Source of the DNA: Candidatus Saccharimonadales bacterium
GTDB lineage: Bacteria; Patescibacteriota; Saccharimonadia; Saccharimonadales; 2-12-FULL-41-12
Length of the DNA: 64,000 nucleotides
Assembly (NCBI GenBank): GCA_025451045.1
Contig: JANWLD010000001.1
Location: 197,812-261,811 of the forward strand
Reading direction: 5' to 3'
The notes under the pieces are model-generated. The model saw only the letters and a program-made list of their open reading frames with translations, searched no databases and was not told the origin of the DNA. Positions 29,271 through 39,895 of this stretch are shown here, one piece after another (positions within the stretch are counted from its first letter, which is position 1; each line of letters begins with the position of its first letter). The translations under genes and the position numbers were made by a program.

Positions 29271-29878
29271 GGTTTTAAATACGCGTTTAATATTAATGAA
29301 AAACTGACATTACTAGGATTATTTTCAGAAGGTGTTACGGTGATACTGCTGACATGGGCCGTTCGCCGGTTGGCTTCAAGATTTTCCAAAAATTTCAGAA
29401 ACTCATAATATGATATCGGATTATCTTCACCCGAACTGACAGTAATAGCCAATGAGTAAACGCCGCTGATTCCTTGAACTGGCTTAACCTGTGATAAATT
29501 CTGGTTTGATGTATTCGGCGTAGTAGAGCCGGTCGCCGTAAGACCCAAACTAGAGGTATCAAAAGCAATCTGCTGAAGCGTTATGCCGCTTTTGGCAGCT
29601 ATAGAATTTATCTCACGAACAGTCTTGGCCTGGTTCTTATCCTGTGGAACAACCGTTTTGGCAATTTCATCCAACGATGTATATTTTTTAATATCTGCTC
29701 TAGCTTGGGCCAAGGAAACTTCTTGTTCTTTAGTAACCTGATTTTGGGCTCTAAGGCCGCTTAATTTATCGGCTTGTTTCTGTAGCAGTAAGTCTCCGGC
29801 AATAGTCATGCCGACGATGGCTGCGAATAACAATATAACCAATCCTACCATTAGATAGGAAAATTTTTTCGAGCTCAT
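29267..29878 (-). CDS. pilO: type IV pilus alignment protein PilO-like
   Basis: N-terminal TM, coiled coil, Y..F..FL..LE.NRR; synteny. Confidence 0.7.
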   Translation of the reverse strand: MSSKKFSYLMVGLVILLFAAIVGMTIAGDLLLQKQADKLSGLRAQNQVTKEQEVSLAQARADIKKYTSLDEIAKTVVPQDKNQAKTVREINSIAAKSGITLQQIAFDTSSLGLTATGSTTPNTSNQNLSQVKPVQGISGVYSLAITVSSGEDNPISYYEFLKFLENLEANRRTAHVSSITVTPSENNPSNVSFSLILNAYLKP

Positions 29879-30480
29879 TGGCCGCCTCCTACTGGCTTGG
29901 CCGTAGTTGAAATATAGACATAAGGATTGTCTTTAGCGAACAGGGCCCTTAATTGAACAGTACAATCATAAACCGACTTGCTGGCCGGGTTACAGTTGAT
30001 GGATTCTATATCGGCTTTTTGGAATATCTTATTATTAGGATCAGACAGGTTAACCTGAATCTGAGTAGCCGACTCTACATCTTTAGCTAGGGCCTTTAGG
30101 GTAATTCCACCTTGGACTTTGTCTATTTGTATAGATTGAAGCGTAGTACCGGCGGGCAGTGAAGCCCCTAATTGTTTTAGCAACTTAGAAAAGAGTATCT
30201 CTCGCGACAACACTTGGAGGATTAATTTAGTGTTAGAAGATATTTCTTCCAACTGACCTTTGGTTTCGTCAATCTTTTCTTCTTTCAGATGCTGTCTGGC
30301 TGCCTCGGTCTGAGCTGACTGAGTCCGCATAGAATTATTTAAAAGTAGGTAACCACTGGCAATAACGGCTGCTAAAATCAACAATGAAACTACCATGGCA
30401 ATTGCCCAGTTGAATAAAGTCCGGTTGCGCCTAGCATATAGTATATTTTCCTTATAATCAGGAGGCAGTAAATTTATCAT
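29875..30480 (-). CDS. pilN: type IV pilus alignment protein PilN
   Basis: N-terminal INLLP motif followed by TM helix. Confidence 0.85.
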   Translation of the reverse strand: MINLLPPDYKENILYARRNRTLFNWAIAMVVSLLILAAVIASGYLLLNNSMRTQSAQTEAARQHLKEEKIDETKGQLEEISSNTKLILQVLSREILFSKLLKQLGASLPAGTTLQSIQIDKVQGGITLKALAKDVESATQIQVNLSDPNNKIFQKADIESINCNPASKSVYDCTVQLRALFAKDNPYVYISTTAKPVGGGQ

Positions 30481-31547
30481 TGGAATAGCTCCGCGGGGTC
30501 AATAAGACACAAGCCGGCAACTGTCGCATAAACTGATTTTTCGTCCTGGCTCGGAGCTTTTAGCTTGTGTAAGTCAAAGTTTTGCCAAGGATCATAAGCC
30601 CTAACCGGTAGGCGCAGTGAATTGGTCAGATAGTCGCTTAATCCGGGCATATTTGCTCCGCCACCCATAGTAATTATCTGACCGATTTTTCGTTTTGATC
30701 CGGTACGTTCGGAAAAGTAACGCATCATTCTTTTGACTTCCCGGTTCAATTGATCCAGTTGCGGTTGCATCACTTCTATTATTTCCGGTTGTTTCTTGCT
30801 TTTGCTAATTCCGTATTTGATTTTAACAATATGCGCTTCCTGAAGACTGATGCCAAGCTTTTTGGCTACCAAACTGGTAAATATATCCCCGCCCGCCGGA
30901 ATAGTACTGGAAACTACGTTATTACCGTCGATGATGGTGATATCGGCCGAAATCGAGCCGAAATCGATAATAACCGAAGGTATATCACTACTAGGCTCCA
31001 AAACCCTGAACAGGCGGCCAGATGAGGAAATACTAGTACCAAAACTTATTGCTTCCAAACCAAGTATACGGGTCAATGCTAAATATGAATCGACTATTCT
31101 TTTCGGCGCGGCTACAGTTAATACCTCCAAGCTCTTCTGATTTCTTGATATTATTTCAAAGTCTATGTACAACTCATCTATGGGGGAAGGTATATACTGC
31201 TCACTCTCCAGCTCGACAGCTTCCTTTAGCTCGTTATCAGGTATCGCCGGCAGAGTTAGAGAGTGTGAATAGGTCAGTATCGCCGGAATACTTATTGCCA
31301 CCCGCCTAGTCGTGATTTCACCGATGATATTTTTAGCAAACAATTCTTTGATAGATCCGGCAATATCCTCAAAGTCGACTATTATTCCATCTTTTATAGA
31401 CTTGGGGTCAAAATTGCCAATACCGTAGCCTACTAACTCGTAGCCTTTGACCGATTTCTCCAGCTGCATTACCTTGATGCTGTCGAAGCCTATGTCGAGT
31501 CCGAAGATTGGTTTATCTTTGTAAAAATATTTGTTGGTTTTATCCAT
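30477..31547 (-). CDS. pilM: type IV pilus assembly protein PilM
   Basis: GLDIG..SIK, E.EQYIP, IDFG, GGGA.MPGL actin-like motifs. Confidence 0.93.
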   Translation of the reverse strand: MDKTNKYFYKDKPIFGLDIGFDSIKVMQLEKSVKGYELVGYGIGNFDPKSIKDGIIVDFEDIAGSIKELFAKNIIGEITTRRVAISIPAILTYSHSLTLPAIPDNELKEAVELESEQYIPSPIDELYIDFEIISRNQKSLEVLTVAAPKRIVDSYLALTRILGLEAISFGTSISSSGRLFRVLEPSSDIPSVIIDFGSISADITIIDGNNVVSSTIPAGGDIFTSLVAKKLGISLQEAHIVKIKYGISKSKKQPEIIEVMQPQLDQLNREVKRMMRYFSERTGSKRKIGQIITMGGGANMPGLSDYLTNSLRLPVRAYDPWQNFDLHKLKAPSQDEKSVYATVAGLCLIDPAELFQ

Positions 31548-31601
31548 GCTTTGCCCGCCCGAAGCAGTTTAACTTCTTATGATTATACCGCATAACTTTT
31601 A

Positions 31602-32963
31602 TTAAAACGATCTTCTATAACCGCTTATTACCCAAAAAGTTAAGCCAGTGCCTATCGATGAACCAAAAGTTATAGTACCGCTGTTACTAATAGATATTGT
31701 CTGGCCTACTAAAGCCCCGATTTGGCCGCTATTAGCAACCTGTATCTTGGACCATTTTGTATAAAATATGGTTTGTGGTCCTGATGAGGCATTATCTAGT
31801 GATAAAGTGATTGTATTTCGGGAATTTGCTAGATCCGTGCCCGTTACATCATTACAGTCAGGCGAGCAGCTTGCATTACTCCAATAGGTGATGATCTGAG
31901 GGCCAGTGTTTTGTGAGTTACTTGCTATGGTTGAACTATTGCTAAAATTATTATTCTGCCCATCAATCATTATATTAGGCCTAGTAGTTCCTAGGCTGTT
32001 GTCGACCTTAAGCGTTCCCTGATTTGACATGTTTAATGTTCCCGTTATCCAAGTATCGCCCATGAGGGTTACGGTACAGGTTTTGCTAATAGTTACGTTA
32101 CCGGTGATTTTTAAGTGGGCAGGCCAAGTAACAGAGCCGCTATTGCTGGTACAAGAAGCAGCAGCCCCGCTCAGGCTATTAACTGCCGCGGCTTTTTGAG
32201 CGGTTCTATTATGGTCGGGAAGCGGTTGGGCGGATACGCCGCTATTTACAGTCAAACCCGGGTCGCTCATCCCGCTAGAAGATATCTGGTTATTGGCTTT
32301 CACATTTCCGTAGATGTGAGCCGTATTAGATATTGAAATAGGCTGGCCATTTTCTCCGCTGGCACATAATCTAGGATAAGTACTATCTGGTGGATTAGGA
32401 CAGCTTTGGTGGGCAACTTGCAAATTTACCGGGCTTAACAGTAAGCCAATCTGGGAACTATTACTCATTGTTATAGTTCCATTAACCAGAACATCTCCTC
32501 CTAAAACCTTGGCGCTATTACTTAAGACCAAGCCCCCGACTCCGGTTATTATGCTAAAACTTTGTGATTGTATGCCTTTAACATCCACAGTTATTTTAAT
32601 AACTGAATCTGGACTTGCCGAAGTGGCAGTTCTATAACTTCTACCGGTGCTTACTAATGTCTTTTTTTGTGACCCAGCGGCAGATACCACGGTTTCATAA
32701 GTTACTTTGCCAGTCGCGTCATTTTGTAAGGTAACTTCTCCATTTGTCCCTGTCCATGAACTGTCCTGATTTAGTTGCTCCATTGATTTATCTATACCCG
32801 CATCCGCGCCAAATTGCGCTAACGTTTTAAATTGGTCTTGGCGAGCGGTTCTAAAACCTGATACGGCATGATTCATATATGCCGTGGAAATGACTATGAA
32901 AAAGGGGAAGATAATTAATATTGAAATTAATATTGACCCGGAATTATTTTTTAAACGCTTCAT
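31602..32963 (-). CDS. PilX-like minor pilin with large beta-rich C-terminal domain
   Basis: NNSG/SILISIL leader without Glu+5, A...ADAGI, repeated xSN(S/T)xxI units, Cys pairs. Confidence 0.7.
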   Translation of the reverse strand: MKRLKNNSGSILISILIIFPFFIVISTAYMNHAVSGFRTARQDQFKTLAQFGADAGIDKSMEQLNQDSSWTGTNGEVTLQNDATGKVTYETVVSAAGSQKKTLVSTGRSYRTATSASPDSVIKITVDVKGIQSQSFSIITGVGGLVLSNSAKVLGGDVLVNGTITMSNSSQIGLLLSPVNLQVAHQSCPNPPDSTYPRLCASGENGQPISISNTAHIYGNVKANNQISSSGMSDPGLTVNSGVSAQPLPDHNRTAQKAAAVNSLSGAAASCTSNSGSVTWPAHLKITGNVTISKTCTVTLMGDTWITGTLNMSNQGTLKVDNSLGTTRPNIMIDGQNNNFSNSSTIASNSQNTGPQIITYWSNASCSPDCNDVTGTDLANSRNTITLSLDNASSGPQTIFYTKWSKIQVANSGQIGALVGQTISISNSGTITFGSSIGTGLTFWVISGYRRSF

Positions 32964-33640
32964 GAAAAATCATTCCTCAATGTTATCCTAATGGTATTTT
33001 CAAATATAAGAGGCAGGCCAAAAGTTCTTTTCTCCAGTGATAAGTTTATCTTTATTGAACGGGCCGCAGTCGCTGTGTTTGTAAGTGCATTATCCTGATC
33101 ATATAAGGTAAAGGTCATGGTATCTATATTGTCAACAAGTTCTCTGTCAGCCGGACAAGTAGAAGTAGCAACATTGAATGGGCATGATGTTTTTAATTTA
33201 TTGCCAGAAGCATTAGGGTTGGCGAGGGTTCTTTTGTATAGTTTAGTCCCGCTTTTGTAATAGACGAACTCATTTTCATAGGGATAGCCTGTATCCGGAT
33301 CTAATATATATTGGTTAGAATTGTTTAGTGCCGGTACTGCAGTAATAATTACGAAATTCACGTTATCTGTATTCCAGCCTCCGGAAGGGGCGTGCGGGTC
33401 TGTAATGCTATTTGTTTGTCTGACGCCTGCGCCATAACGCAGCTCTTCTACCATAACTCGCAAGAGATTTTGGGAATCGCTAGTCATTTCGATAGTAGTA
33501 CTTGTACGAGTTTCTGCTTGTAGAAAATTAGTGAATATCGCTATAAAACTTACGCTGATTATTGCCATTAAAAGTATTGTTATTTCAAGTTCTACGATAG
33601 TAAAGCCGGCTTGGCTTAATTTTAATTTATTGGCCGACAC
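32960..33640 (-). CDS. minor pilin (PilW-like)
   Basis: QAG/FTIVEL prepilin motif. Confidence 0.85.
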   Translation of the reverse strand: MSANKLKLSQAGFTIVELEITILLMAIISVSFIAIFTNFLQAETRTSTTIEMTSDSQNLLRVMVEELRYGAGVRQTNSITDPHAPSGGWNTDNVNFVIITAVPALNNSNQYILDPDTGYPYENEFVYYKSGTKLYKRTLANPNASGNKLKTSCPFNVATSTCPADRELVDNIDTMTFTLYDQDNALTNTATAARSIKINLSLEKRTFGLPLIFENTIRITLRNDFS

Positions 33641-34025
33641 CGATTTCTCCTATATAAGTTGTGTAAGAATAAGTCCGCGGATCTCCTTGATCGTCGTATG
33701 TGATAGATAAGACTATTTTCTTCATAGCGACCGGGTCGGTACTTATGGTCAGCGTAGCACTTCGCGGAGACTGTAATTCGCTAGGCAGTTCATTCGTTAT
33801 ATCGCTTGTACCTGTATTAACCGCCAGATAGCCCTTACTTCTAAGTTCTTCAATCTTATTTTCAGCAAATGAGTTGACTACTGAAACATCTCTTCCTTGT
33901 TGGCTCAGCTTGGATGTATTAACTTGAAGCATGGCTACTGTACCGACAAAAATAGCGCTTAGCGCTATTCCAACTAATAATTCGACAATGGTAAACCCGT
34001 TGTAATCTGAGCCTAAACCCCTCAT
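33627..34025 (-). CDS. minor pilin (PilV-like)
   Basis: NG/FTIVELLV prepilin motif, A..KIEELR. Confidence 0.85.
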   Translation of the reverse strand: MRGLGSDYNGFTIVELLVGIALSAIFVGTVAMLQVNTSKLSQQGRDVSVVNSFAENKIEELRSKGYLAVNTGTSDITNELPSELQSPRSATLTISTDPVAMKKIVLSITYDDQGDPRTYSYTTYIGEIGVGQ

Positions 34026-34043
34026 GCTTATCTGATAGTATAA

Positions 34044-34072
34044 AAAACCCTGGTAAGTATTACCAGGGTTTT
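34044..34072 (-). terminator. intrinsic terminator after major pilin
   Basis: AAAACCCTGGTAA-3 nt-TTACCAGGGTTTT with U tract on minus strand. Confidence 0.8.
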
Positions 34073-34090
34073 ATTACTTAAGCCGTTAAC

Positions 34091-34540
34091 TTAATTATTG
34101 GAGCCGGTTTTGACGAATGTACCGCCAGCTTCAAGATTAGCTGTCAGCGTAAAGCCAGTACAGTCACCGTTAGTGCCGTTATCACAGTTAGCTGGCGTCG
34201 CAGCATATACGTAATAATCAGTACCACTACCACTGGCCGCAAGAGCCGTAGTACTGTTCGGAGCGTGGATGGCATCATCCGTTAGTCCTTTGACGTTTGC
34301 ATCACGCCATGTACTGTCATTTAGGTTAGCCAATGTCGGATACTTGCTGTTTTGAGCAAAATATACCTCAACCTGACTATAAATGGCATTGATATCAGAC
34401 TTTCGATCCGCGTCGCGGCCTTTCTTTTGTACGCCCGTAAAGGTCGTTATTACGATTGCCGCCAAGATACCTATGACAACAATTACTATCAAGAGCTCCA
34501 CAATGGTGAAACCGCTTTGTTTACGTTTTAGTGAGATCAT
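34091..34540 (-). CDS. pilA: type IV major pilin
   Basis: KQSG/FTIVELLIVIVVIGILAAI, C-terminal Cys pair, own promoter and terminator. Confidence 0.9.
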   Translation of the reverse strand: MISLKRKQSGFTIVELLIVIVVIGILAAIVITTFTGVQKKGRDADRKSDINAIYSQVEVYFAQNSKYPTLANLNDSTWRDANVKGLTDDAIHAPNSTTALAASGSGTDYYVYAATPANCDNGTNGDCTGFTLTANLEAGGTFVKTGSNN

Positions 34541-34623
34541 TAGGACCCACCCTTCTTTTTATTGTTTTATAACTAATGACCTTATCAACTCGCTAGTTAC
34601 GGAGTAGATAAGTATCTGTTCAA

Positions 34624-34652
34624 ATTTTAACCATAAGTATGATACGGGTCAA
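34624..34652 (-). promoter_or_regulatory. sigma70 promoter for major pilin
   Basis: TTGACC-17-TAAAAT on minus strand. Confidence 0.6.
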
Positions 34653-34663
34653 GTTAATAATTG

Positions 34664-35881
34664 TTAGTTATTACCGACATTATTGCTAAGGCTGGCTATC
34701 GGACCCATCACACTGGCGGCTATTAAGCCGACCATAGTACCCAGAACAATTATCATTACCGGCTCGATTAAAGCGCTTATACCATCGATAACCACATCTA
34801 CCTCTTCTTCGTAAAAGTCAGCGACCTTGATTAAAATAGTATCGATTTCACCGGTTTCCTCGCCAATAGCCAGCATCTGCGAAACAATAGAAGGGAAATA
34901 CTTGCTTTTAGATAACGGCTCGGACAATTGCTTGCCGTTCTTTACTTCTTTAGCGGCTGCTTTTAGTTCTTCTTCAATGACTTTGTTGCCGATAGCTCCG
35001 CCAGTCACTTCCAGCGCGTCAAGCACGGCCACGCCGGCTGACATAAGCGAAGCGAAGGTCCGGGCGAACCTGGCCAGGGCGATTTTAGTTATTATGTTAT
35101 TCAATACCGGGACGCGTAACAGAAAACTATGCAGGCGGTATTTTCCTTTTGGAGTTTTTATATATCTGCGAAAGAAAAATAAGCTAAATCCGACAATAAT
35201 TATAATAATTAATGCGTTGCTACGCATAAAATTACTTATGTTAAGCAAAACTTGGGTATATATAGGCAGTTTAGCGTTCGGACCGCCAAGGTCAGTCAAA
35301 ATCTTGGCGATTTTCGGAATGATAAAGAACATTATCCCGAAAAAGGCCAATACCGTAATACTCAGTATTACGGTCGGATAAGCCATGGCGCTTTTTATCT
35401 TTTTTCGGATAGCCGCGTCTTTTTCCACTTGGGCGGCCAGTCTTTTTAAGATGTCTTCGAGTATACCGCCGGCTTCGCCGGCTTGTACCATGTTCACATA
35501 TATCTCATTAAATACGTCCGGGTGCTTGCCGAACGCATCAGCTAAAGGCATACCGCCTTCAATATCTTTGGCGACATCACTGATTATAGTGTTGAAATAC
35601 TTGTTTACGGTCTGGTTCTGAAGCGTGGCCAGCGACCGGTTAAGCGGTACGCCGGCTGATATCATCGTAGAAAGCTGGCGGGTAAAGACGACTAAATCCT
35701 TAGACCTGACTTTGCCAGTGCCCAGCGTGAAAAAACTAGCGCCGCTTTTAAGCTCCTTGATGGACAGCGGATGTATATTCTGATGTACCAAAGTAGTGCG
35801 GGCGTTTTCTTTGCTGGAAGCTTCAACAACTCCGCTTACAGCCTTGCCGTCCTTGGTCGCGTTATATGAAAACTTAGTCAT
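34664..35881 (-). CDS. pilC: type IV pilus platform protein PilC (GspF family)
   Basis: FTRQLSTMISAGVPL, GE.GG.L, KIKSAM.YP, GEETG. Confidence 0.95.
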   Translation of the reverse strand: MTKFSYNATKDGKAVSGVVEASSKENARTTLVHQNIHPLSIKELKSGASFFTLGTGKVRSKDLVVFTRQLSTMISAGVPLNRSLATLQNQTVNKYFNTIISDVAKDIEGGMPLADAFGKHPDVFNEIYVNMVQAGEAGGILEDILKRLAAQVEKDAAIRKKIKSAMAYPTVILSITVLAFFGIMFFIIPKIAKILTDLGGPNAKLPIYTQVLLNISNFMRSNALIIIIIVGFSLFFFRRYIKTPKGKYRLHSFLLRVPVLNNIITKIALARFARTFASLMSAGVAVLDALEVTGGAIGNKVIEEELKAAAKEVKNGKQLSEPLSKSKYFPSIVSQMLAIGEETGEIDTILIKVADFYEEEVDVVIDGISALIEPVMIIVLGTMVGLIAASVMGPIASLSNNVGNN

Positions 35882-37698
35882 TATTTATCACTGGTTACTC
35901 TTAGTATTTCCTCTATGCTGGTTTGGCCGCGCAGCGCTTTGATGAAGCCGTCTACCTGCATAGTTACCATGCCCTCAGAGGTAGCTTTTTCTTGTATCTG
36001 TTCACTGGTACCGCTTCCGACAATCAATTTTTGTATCTCTTCACTGTTGGGCAGAACTTCATAAATACCAACACGGCCTTTATAACCGGTATGTCCGCAG
36101 GCTTCACAACCATTTTTATGGGCGCGCCATAATCGAATTATTTTACTTGGTTCAGTCGATAGTTTTTCAGTTGAATCACTACCTTTTTTACCGCTGTTAG
36201 CTTTGCCAATACCACCTTCTAGGGCCAATTTCTCCAGCTCGTGCACTTTTTTCATACCGTCCGCATCTGCCGTAGAAAAGATTTCTCCGATTTCTTTCAG
36301 CTCGACTGAATCCGGCGTATATGACTCTCGGCAATCAACACAAAGCCTGCGTACCAACCGCTGGCCAACTACGGCTCGGACGGTACTGGCAATCAAAAAC
36401 GGTTCAATTGACATGTCCAACAGCCGCGGCAGACAGGTTGCCGCGTTGTTGGTATGAAGAGTGGCAAATACCAAGTGGCCGGTTAATGCCGCTTGCACGC
36501 CCAGTCCGGCTGTTTCGGTATCGCGGATTTCGCCGACCATAATAATGTTAGGGTCTTGGCGCAATAGTGCCCTCAGCCCGGCGGCAAAAGTCATACCGGC
36601 TTTCGGGTTAACCTGAGTCTGGTTGGCTCCGTTTATCTTATATTCAACCGGATCTTCAATCGTAGATATGTTGACCGAAGGCCGGTTCAGCAGACTAAGC
36701 GTACTGAACAAGCTGGTTGACTTGCCTGAACCCGTCGGGCCGGTAACCAATATCATGCCATGGGGTTGGGTAATCGCGCTGTTTATAGTCTTGAGCGAAG
36801 GTCCCCAATAGCCTAGTTCTTCCAGGGTAGCCGGTTTGCTTGATTCGGATAAAATACGCATCACCACCTTTTCACCTTCGGTTATTGGCAGGGTGGAAAC
36901 GCGCAGGGCGAACACGCCGCTGCCGACCTGTATTTTGAACCGGCCGTCCTGCGGCGCTCGCCGTTCGTCGATCTTCAAATTGCTGAGTATCTTTATGCGG
37001 CTGACCAACGGACTAAGGACTTTCTTGGGTAATTTGTTGGCTTCACGCAGCACACCGTCCACCCGGTAACGCACCAGCACATGGTTCTCGCGAGGTTCAA
37101 TGTGGATATCGCTGGCACCTGCTTTGATAGCATATTCAATCACCAGATTAACCGTCTGGGCAATCGGTGAGTCTTCCGCTAAATCTTCCTCGTCTATTTC
37201 CTCGCCAGCCTCTTCGGCCTCGCCTTCCTCGGTGGTCAATACTTTAGTCAGTTCATTGCTAACATTGCCGCGGTATTGGTCTAAAGCGGTTTCGATTTCC
37301 GATGCGCTGGCAATATGGACTTTCAAGTTGGTGCCAAGTTGTTTTTGTAAAAAACTGATGGCCTGGATATCATCGGGGTCTTCCATAGCAATAAGTTTGC
37401 TGCCGTCTTCCTTAACGCCGAACAAAACTACCTTATACTGGCGGGCAACGCGCTCTGGAATCAGCGTTAATACTTCGCGCTTGATTTCTTTGGGGTTAAG
37501 TTCGATAAACGGTACATCTATCTCTTTGGCATACAATTTCGTTAGGTCTTTTTCAGTCACAACGTTATTGGCAATGACTATTTGCTGCAGATTCTGCTTT
37601 TCAGATTTCTCTTGTTCGCGCAGCGGTTTTAATTGGGTTGCGGTGGTCTTTCCCGCGTCAATCAATAGTTTTTCCACCAAAGAATCTGATATACGCAT
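35881..37698 (-). CDS. pilB: type IV pilus assembly ATPase PilB (GspE family)
   Basis: ASDIHIEP, PQDGR, GPTGSGKST, LRQDP..I.VGEIRD, TLHTN, Zn Cys motifs. Confidence 0.96.
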   Translation of the reverse strand: MRISDSLVEKLLIDAGKTTATQLKPLREQEKSEKQNLQQIVIANNVVTEKDLTKLYAKEIDVPFIELNPKEIKREVLTLIPERVARQYKVVLFGVKEDGSKLIAMEDPDDIQAISFLQKQLGTNLKVHIASASEIETALDQYRGNVSNELTKVLTTEEGEAEEAGEEIDEEDLAEDSPIAQTVNLVIEYAIKAGASDIHIEPRENHVLVRYRVDGVLREANKLPKKVLSPLVSRIKILSNLKIDERRAPQDGRFKIQVGSGVFALRVSTLPITEGEKVVMRILSESSKPATLEELGYWGPSLKTINSAITQPHGMILVTGPTGSGKSTSLFSTLSLLNRPSVNISTIEDPVEYKINGANQTQVNPKAGMTFAAGLRALLRQDPNIIMVGEIRDTETAGLGVQAALTGHLVFATLHTNNAATCLPRLLDMSIEPFLIASTVRAVVGQRLVRRLCVDCRESYTPDSVELKEIGEIFSTADADGMKKVHELEKLALEGGIGKANSGKKGSDSTEKLSTEPSKIIRLWRAHKNGCEACGHTGYKGRVGIYEVLPNSEEIQKLIVGSGTSEQIQEKATSEGMVTMQVDGFIKALRGQTSIEEILRVTSDK

Positions 37699-37797
37699 AT
37701 TTAATCGTTATTATATCAATAAAAACATAAGCGGCTATTTAAGAAAAATTAAAGGATTAAAATGTTATACTAAAAAAATCAAAAAGGAGAGTTGAAA

Positions 37798-38820
37798 TTG
37801 GCCGAAACTAAAAAATCAGGTGGGGCAGAGAAAACAGAAAAAGAAGGCAAGACCAAAGCATTGGGACTGGCGCTGGAAACCATAGAAAAACAGTTTGGTA
37901 AAGGTTCGATAATGAAGCTTGGCGACGCGCACAAGACTAACGTGCAAACTGTGCCGACCGGCAGTTTAAGCTTGGATATCGCATTGGGCGGCGGGATACC
38001 CAAAGGGCGTATTATTGAAGTCTACGGCCCGGAAAGCTCTGGAAAAACAACCCTGACGCTTCATGCTATTGCTGAGATTCAAAAACAGGGAGGCACAGCG
38101 GCCTTTATTGATGCCGAGCACGCGCTTGACCCGTCTTACGCCAAGAAATTAGGGGTAGATGTTGAGAACCTGCTAATTTCCCAGCCGGATAACGGTGAAC
38201 AGGCGTTGGAAATCGCCGAAACTTTGGTCCGTTCCAACGCCGTGGATTTAGTAGTTATTGACTCCGTCGCGGCTCTTGTGCCGAGAGCCGAAATAGAGGG
38301 CGATATGGGTGATTCGCACATGGGCTTGCAAGCCCGGCTAATGAGCCAGGCGCTTCGCAAACTGACTGGCGTAATCAACCGTTCGCACACCACGGTAATC
38401 TTTATCAACCAGATACGCATGAAAATCGGCGTGATGTTCGGCAACCCGGAAACTACTACCGGTGGAAACGCTTTAAAATTTTACGCTTCGGTCCGTATGG
38501 ACATACGCCGTATTTCCCAAATAAAACAAGGCGATGAAGTTATTGGTAATCGAACTCGCGTTAAAGTAGTTAAGAACAAGATAGCCCCGCCGTTTAGGCA
38601 AGCGGAATTCGACATTATGTACAACCAAGGCATAAGCAAAAGCGGCGATGTGCTGGATTTGGCAGCCGAGCATGAAATAGTTGAGAAAAACGGCGCCTGG
38701 TTTGCTTATAAAGGCGAGAAAATCGGCCAAGGCCGCGAAGCCGCCAAGCAGGCTCTTGAGCAATCCCCGAAACTGATGGAAGAACTTACCAAAAAAGTCC
38801 GCGAAGCCGCTAAGGAGTAG
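37798..38820 (+). CDS. recA: recombinase RecA (TTG start; 37792 is an alternative)
   Basis: [42 protein letters not shown] upstream. Confidence 0.99.
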   Translation: MAETKKSGGAEKTEKEGKTKALGLALETIEKQFGKGSIMKLGDAHKTNVQTVPTGSLSLDIALGGGIPKGRIIEVYGPESSGKTTLTLHAIAEIQKQGGTAAFIDAEHALDPSYAKKLGVDVENLLISQPDNGEQALEIAETLVRSNAVDLVVIDSVAALVPRAEIEGDMGDSHMGLQARLMSQALRKLTGVINRSHTTVIFINQIRMKIGVMFGNPETTTGGNALKFYASVRMDIRRISQIKQGDEVIGNRTRVKVVKNKIAPPFRQAEFDIMYNQGISKSGDVLDLAAEHEIVEKNGAWFAYKGEKIGQGREAAKQALEQSPKLMEELTKKVREAAKE

Positions 38821-38822
38821 CT

Positions 38823-39344
38823 TTGAGCCATAATGAACCATTGATTCAAATCGTTGATGAGAATGACAAGCCCATAAGCGCCATGTCTATTAAAGAAGCG
38901 CACGAAAAAAGCGCAACTCACCGTATCGTACGAGTTATGGTGGAAAACCCTAAAAACAAAAAAATTTTATTGCAAAAACGTTCAACCCAAATGGATACAT
39001 GGCCTGACTGTTGGGATAATTCTGCTGCCGGACATGTAGACGCTGGCGAAGATTATTTTACGGCAGCAAAACGCGAATTGCGCGAAGAAATTGGCATCCA
39101 AACAGAAAAACTGGAGGAACTAGGGAGCTATTATAGCGAAGATGACAGGGGCGATGGAATTATTGTAAAACGTTTCAATAAAGTCTACAGGCTTTTTAGC
39201 GAAGTAGATAATTTTAATATTGATAAATCAGAAGTTAGCGAAGTACATTGGTTTACGCTGGAGGAAATCAAAAGTTTGCTTAACAATAATGTTTCTGTGG
39301 TTACCGACGGAATGCAGGCCGTTATTAAAAAATATTACTTGTGA
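38823..39344 (+). CDS. NUDIX hydrolase (IPP-isomerase-like/YfcD-like)
   Basis: VDEND, HR, LLQKRS...D.WP..WD, GHV..GE.Y..AAKREL.EE.G. Confidence 0.85.
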   Translation: MSHNEPLIQIVDENDKPISAMSIKEAHEKSATHRIVRVMVENPKNKKILLQKRSTQMDTWPDCWDNSAAGHVDAGEDYFTAAKRELREEIGIQTEKLEELGSYYSEDDRGDGIIVKRFNKVYRLFSEVDNFNIDKSEVSEVHWFTLEEIKSLLNNNVSVVTDGMQAVIKKYYL

Positions 39345-39799
39345 CAGCGACGAACCATGCTTTGTCCGGGGCTGTAATCGGGCTTGCTATTACGCAGCCG
39401 GCTATTGCGCTGCCGTTGGCTTTTGCTTCGCATTTTGTTTTAGACGCCGTACCGCATTTTGGCATAGGTTTTTCTAAAAGCGAACAAAATCGGCGTCTTT
39501 TTCATCGCTATTTGCTGGTAGACGCAAGCCTACTTCTCTTAATAATATTGTACTTGTACTTTGCCGGAGCCGGCTGGCTGGTATTCGCTTGCCTGTTTTT
39601 GGCCGGTTGCCCGGACTTTTACCAAGCCTATAATTATCTTTTTAATAAAAAGTTTCGAGCTACCGGCGGCGGCATCTGGAATAATAAGTTTGCTAGATTT
39701 CACAAGGACATACAACGTGGCAAAGAGTCTATAAAAGGAATTTTTATAGAAGTACCGCTGGCTATAATTTTTACAGCAGCCATAACCTATCTCTTATGA
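39341..39799 (+). CDS. membrane protein with His/Asp motifs (possible metal-dependent hydrolase)
   Basis: H...GA, SHF.LDA.PH, PD, FH...Q; TM helices. Confidence 0.7.
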   Translation: MTATNHALSGAVIGLAITQPAIALPLAFASHFVLDAVPHFGIGFSKSEQNRRLFHRYLLVDASLLLLIILYLYFAGAGWLVFACLFLAGCPDFYQAYNYLFNKKFRATGGGIWNNKFARFHKDIQRGKESIKGIFIEVPLAIIFTAAITYLL

Positions 39800-39800
39800 A

Positions 39801-39895
39801 CCCTGTAGTAGATCCTTGATAGCCAAAATATCCTGTAGATATTTTGTTATACAATTATGCCCAGGCATAATTGTAATCAAGGGCTCACTACGGGG
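39801..39895. mobile_element. 95-bp Y-shaped palindromic MITE/REP-like insertion with TGAA duplication
   Basis: terminal IR CCCTGTAGT/ACTACGGGG, second stem TCCTTGAT/ATCAAGGG, two internal hairpins; TGAA at 39797-39800 and 39896-39899. Confidence 0.7.
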
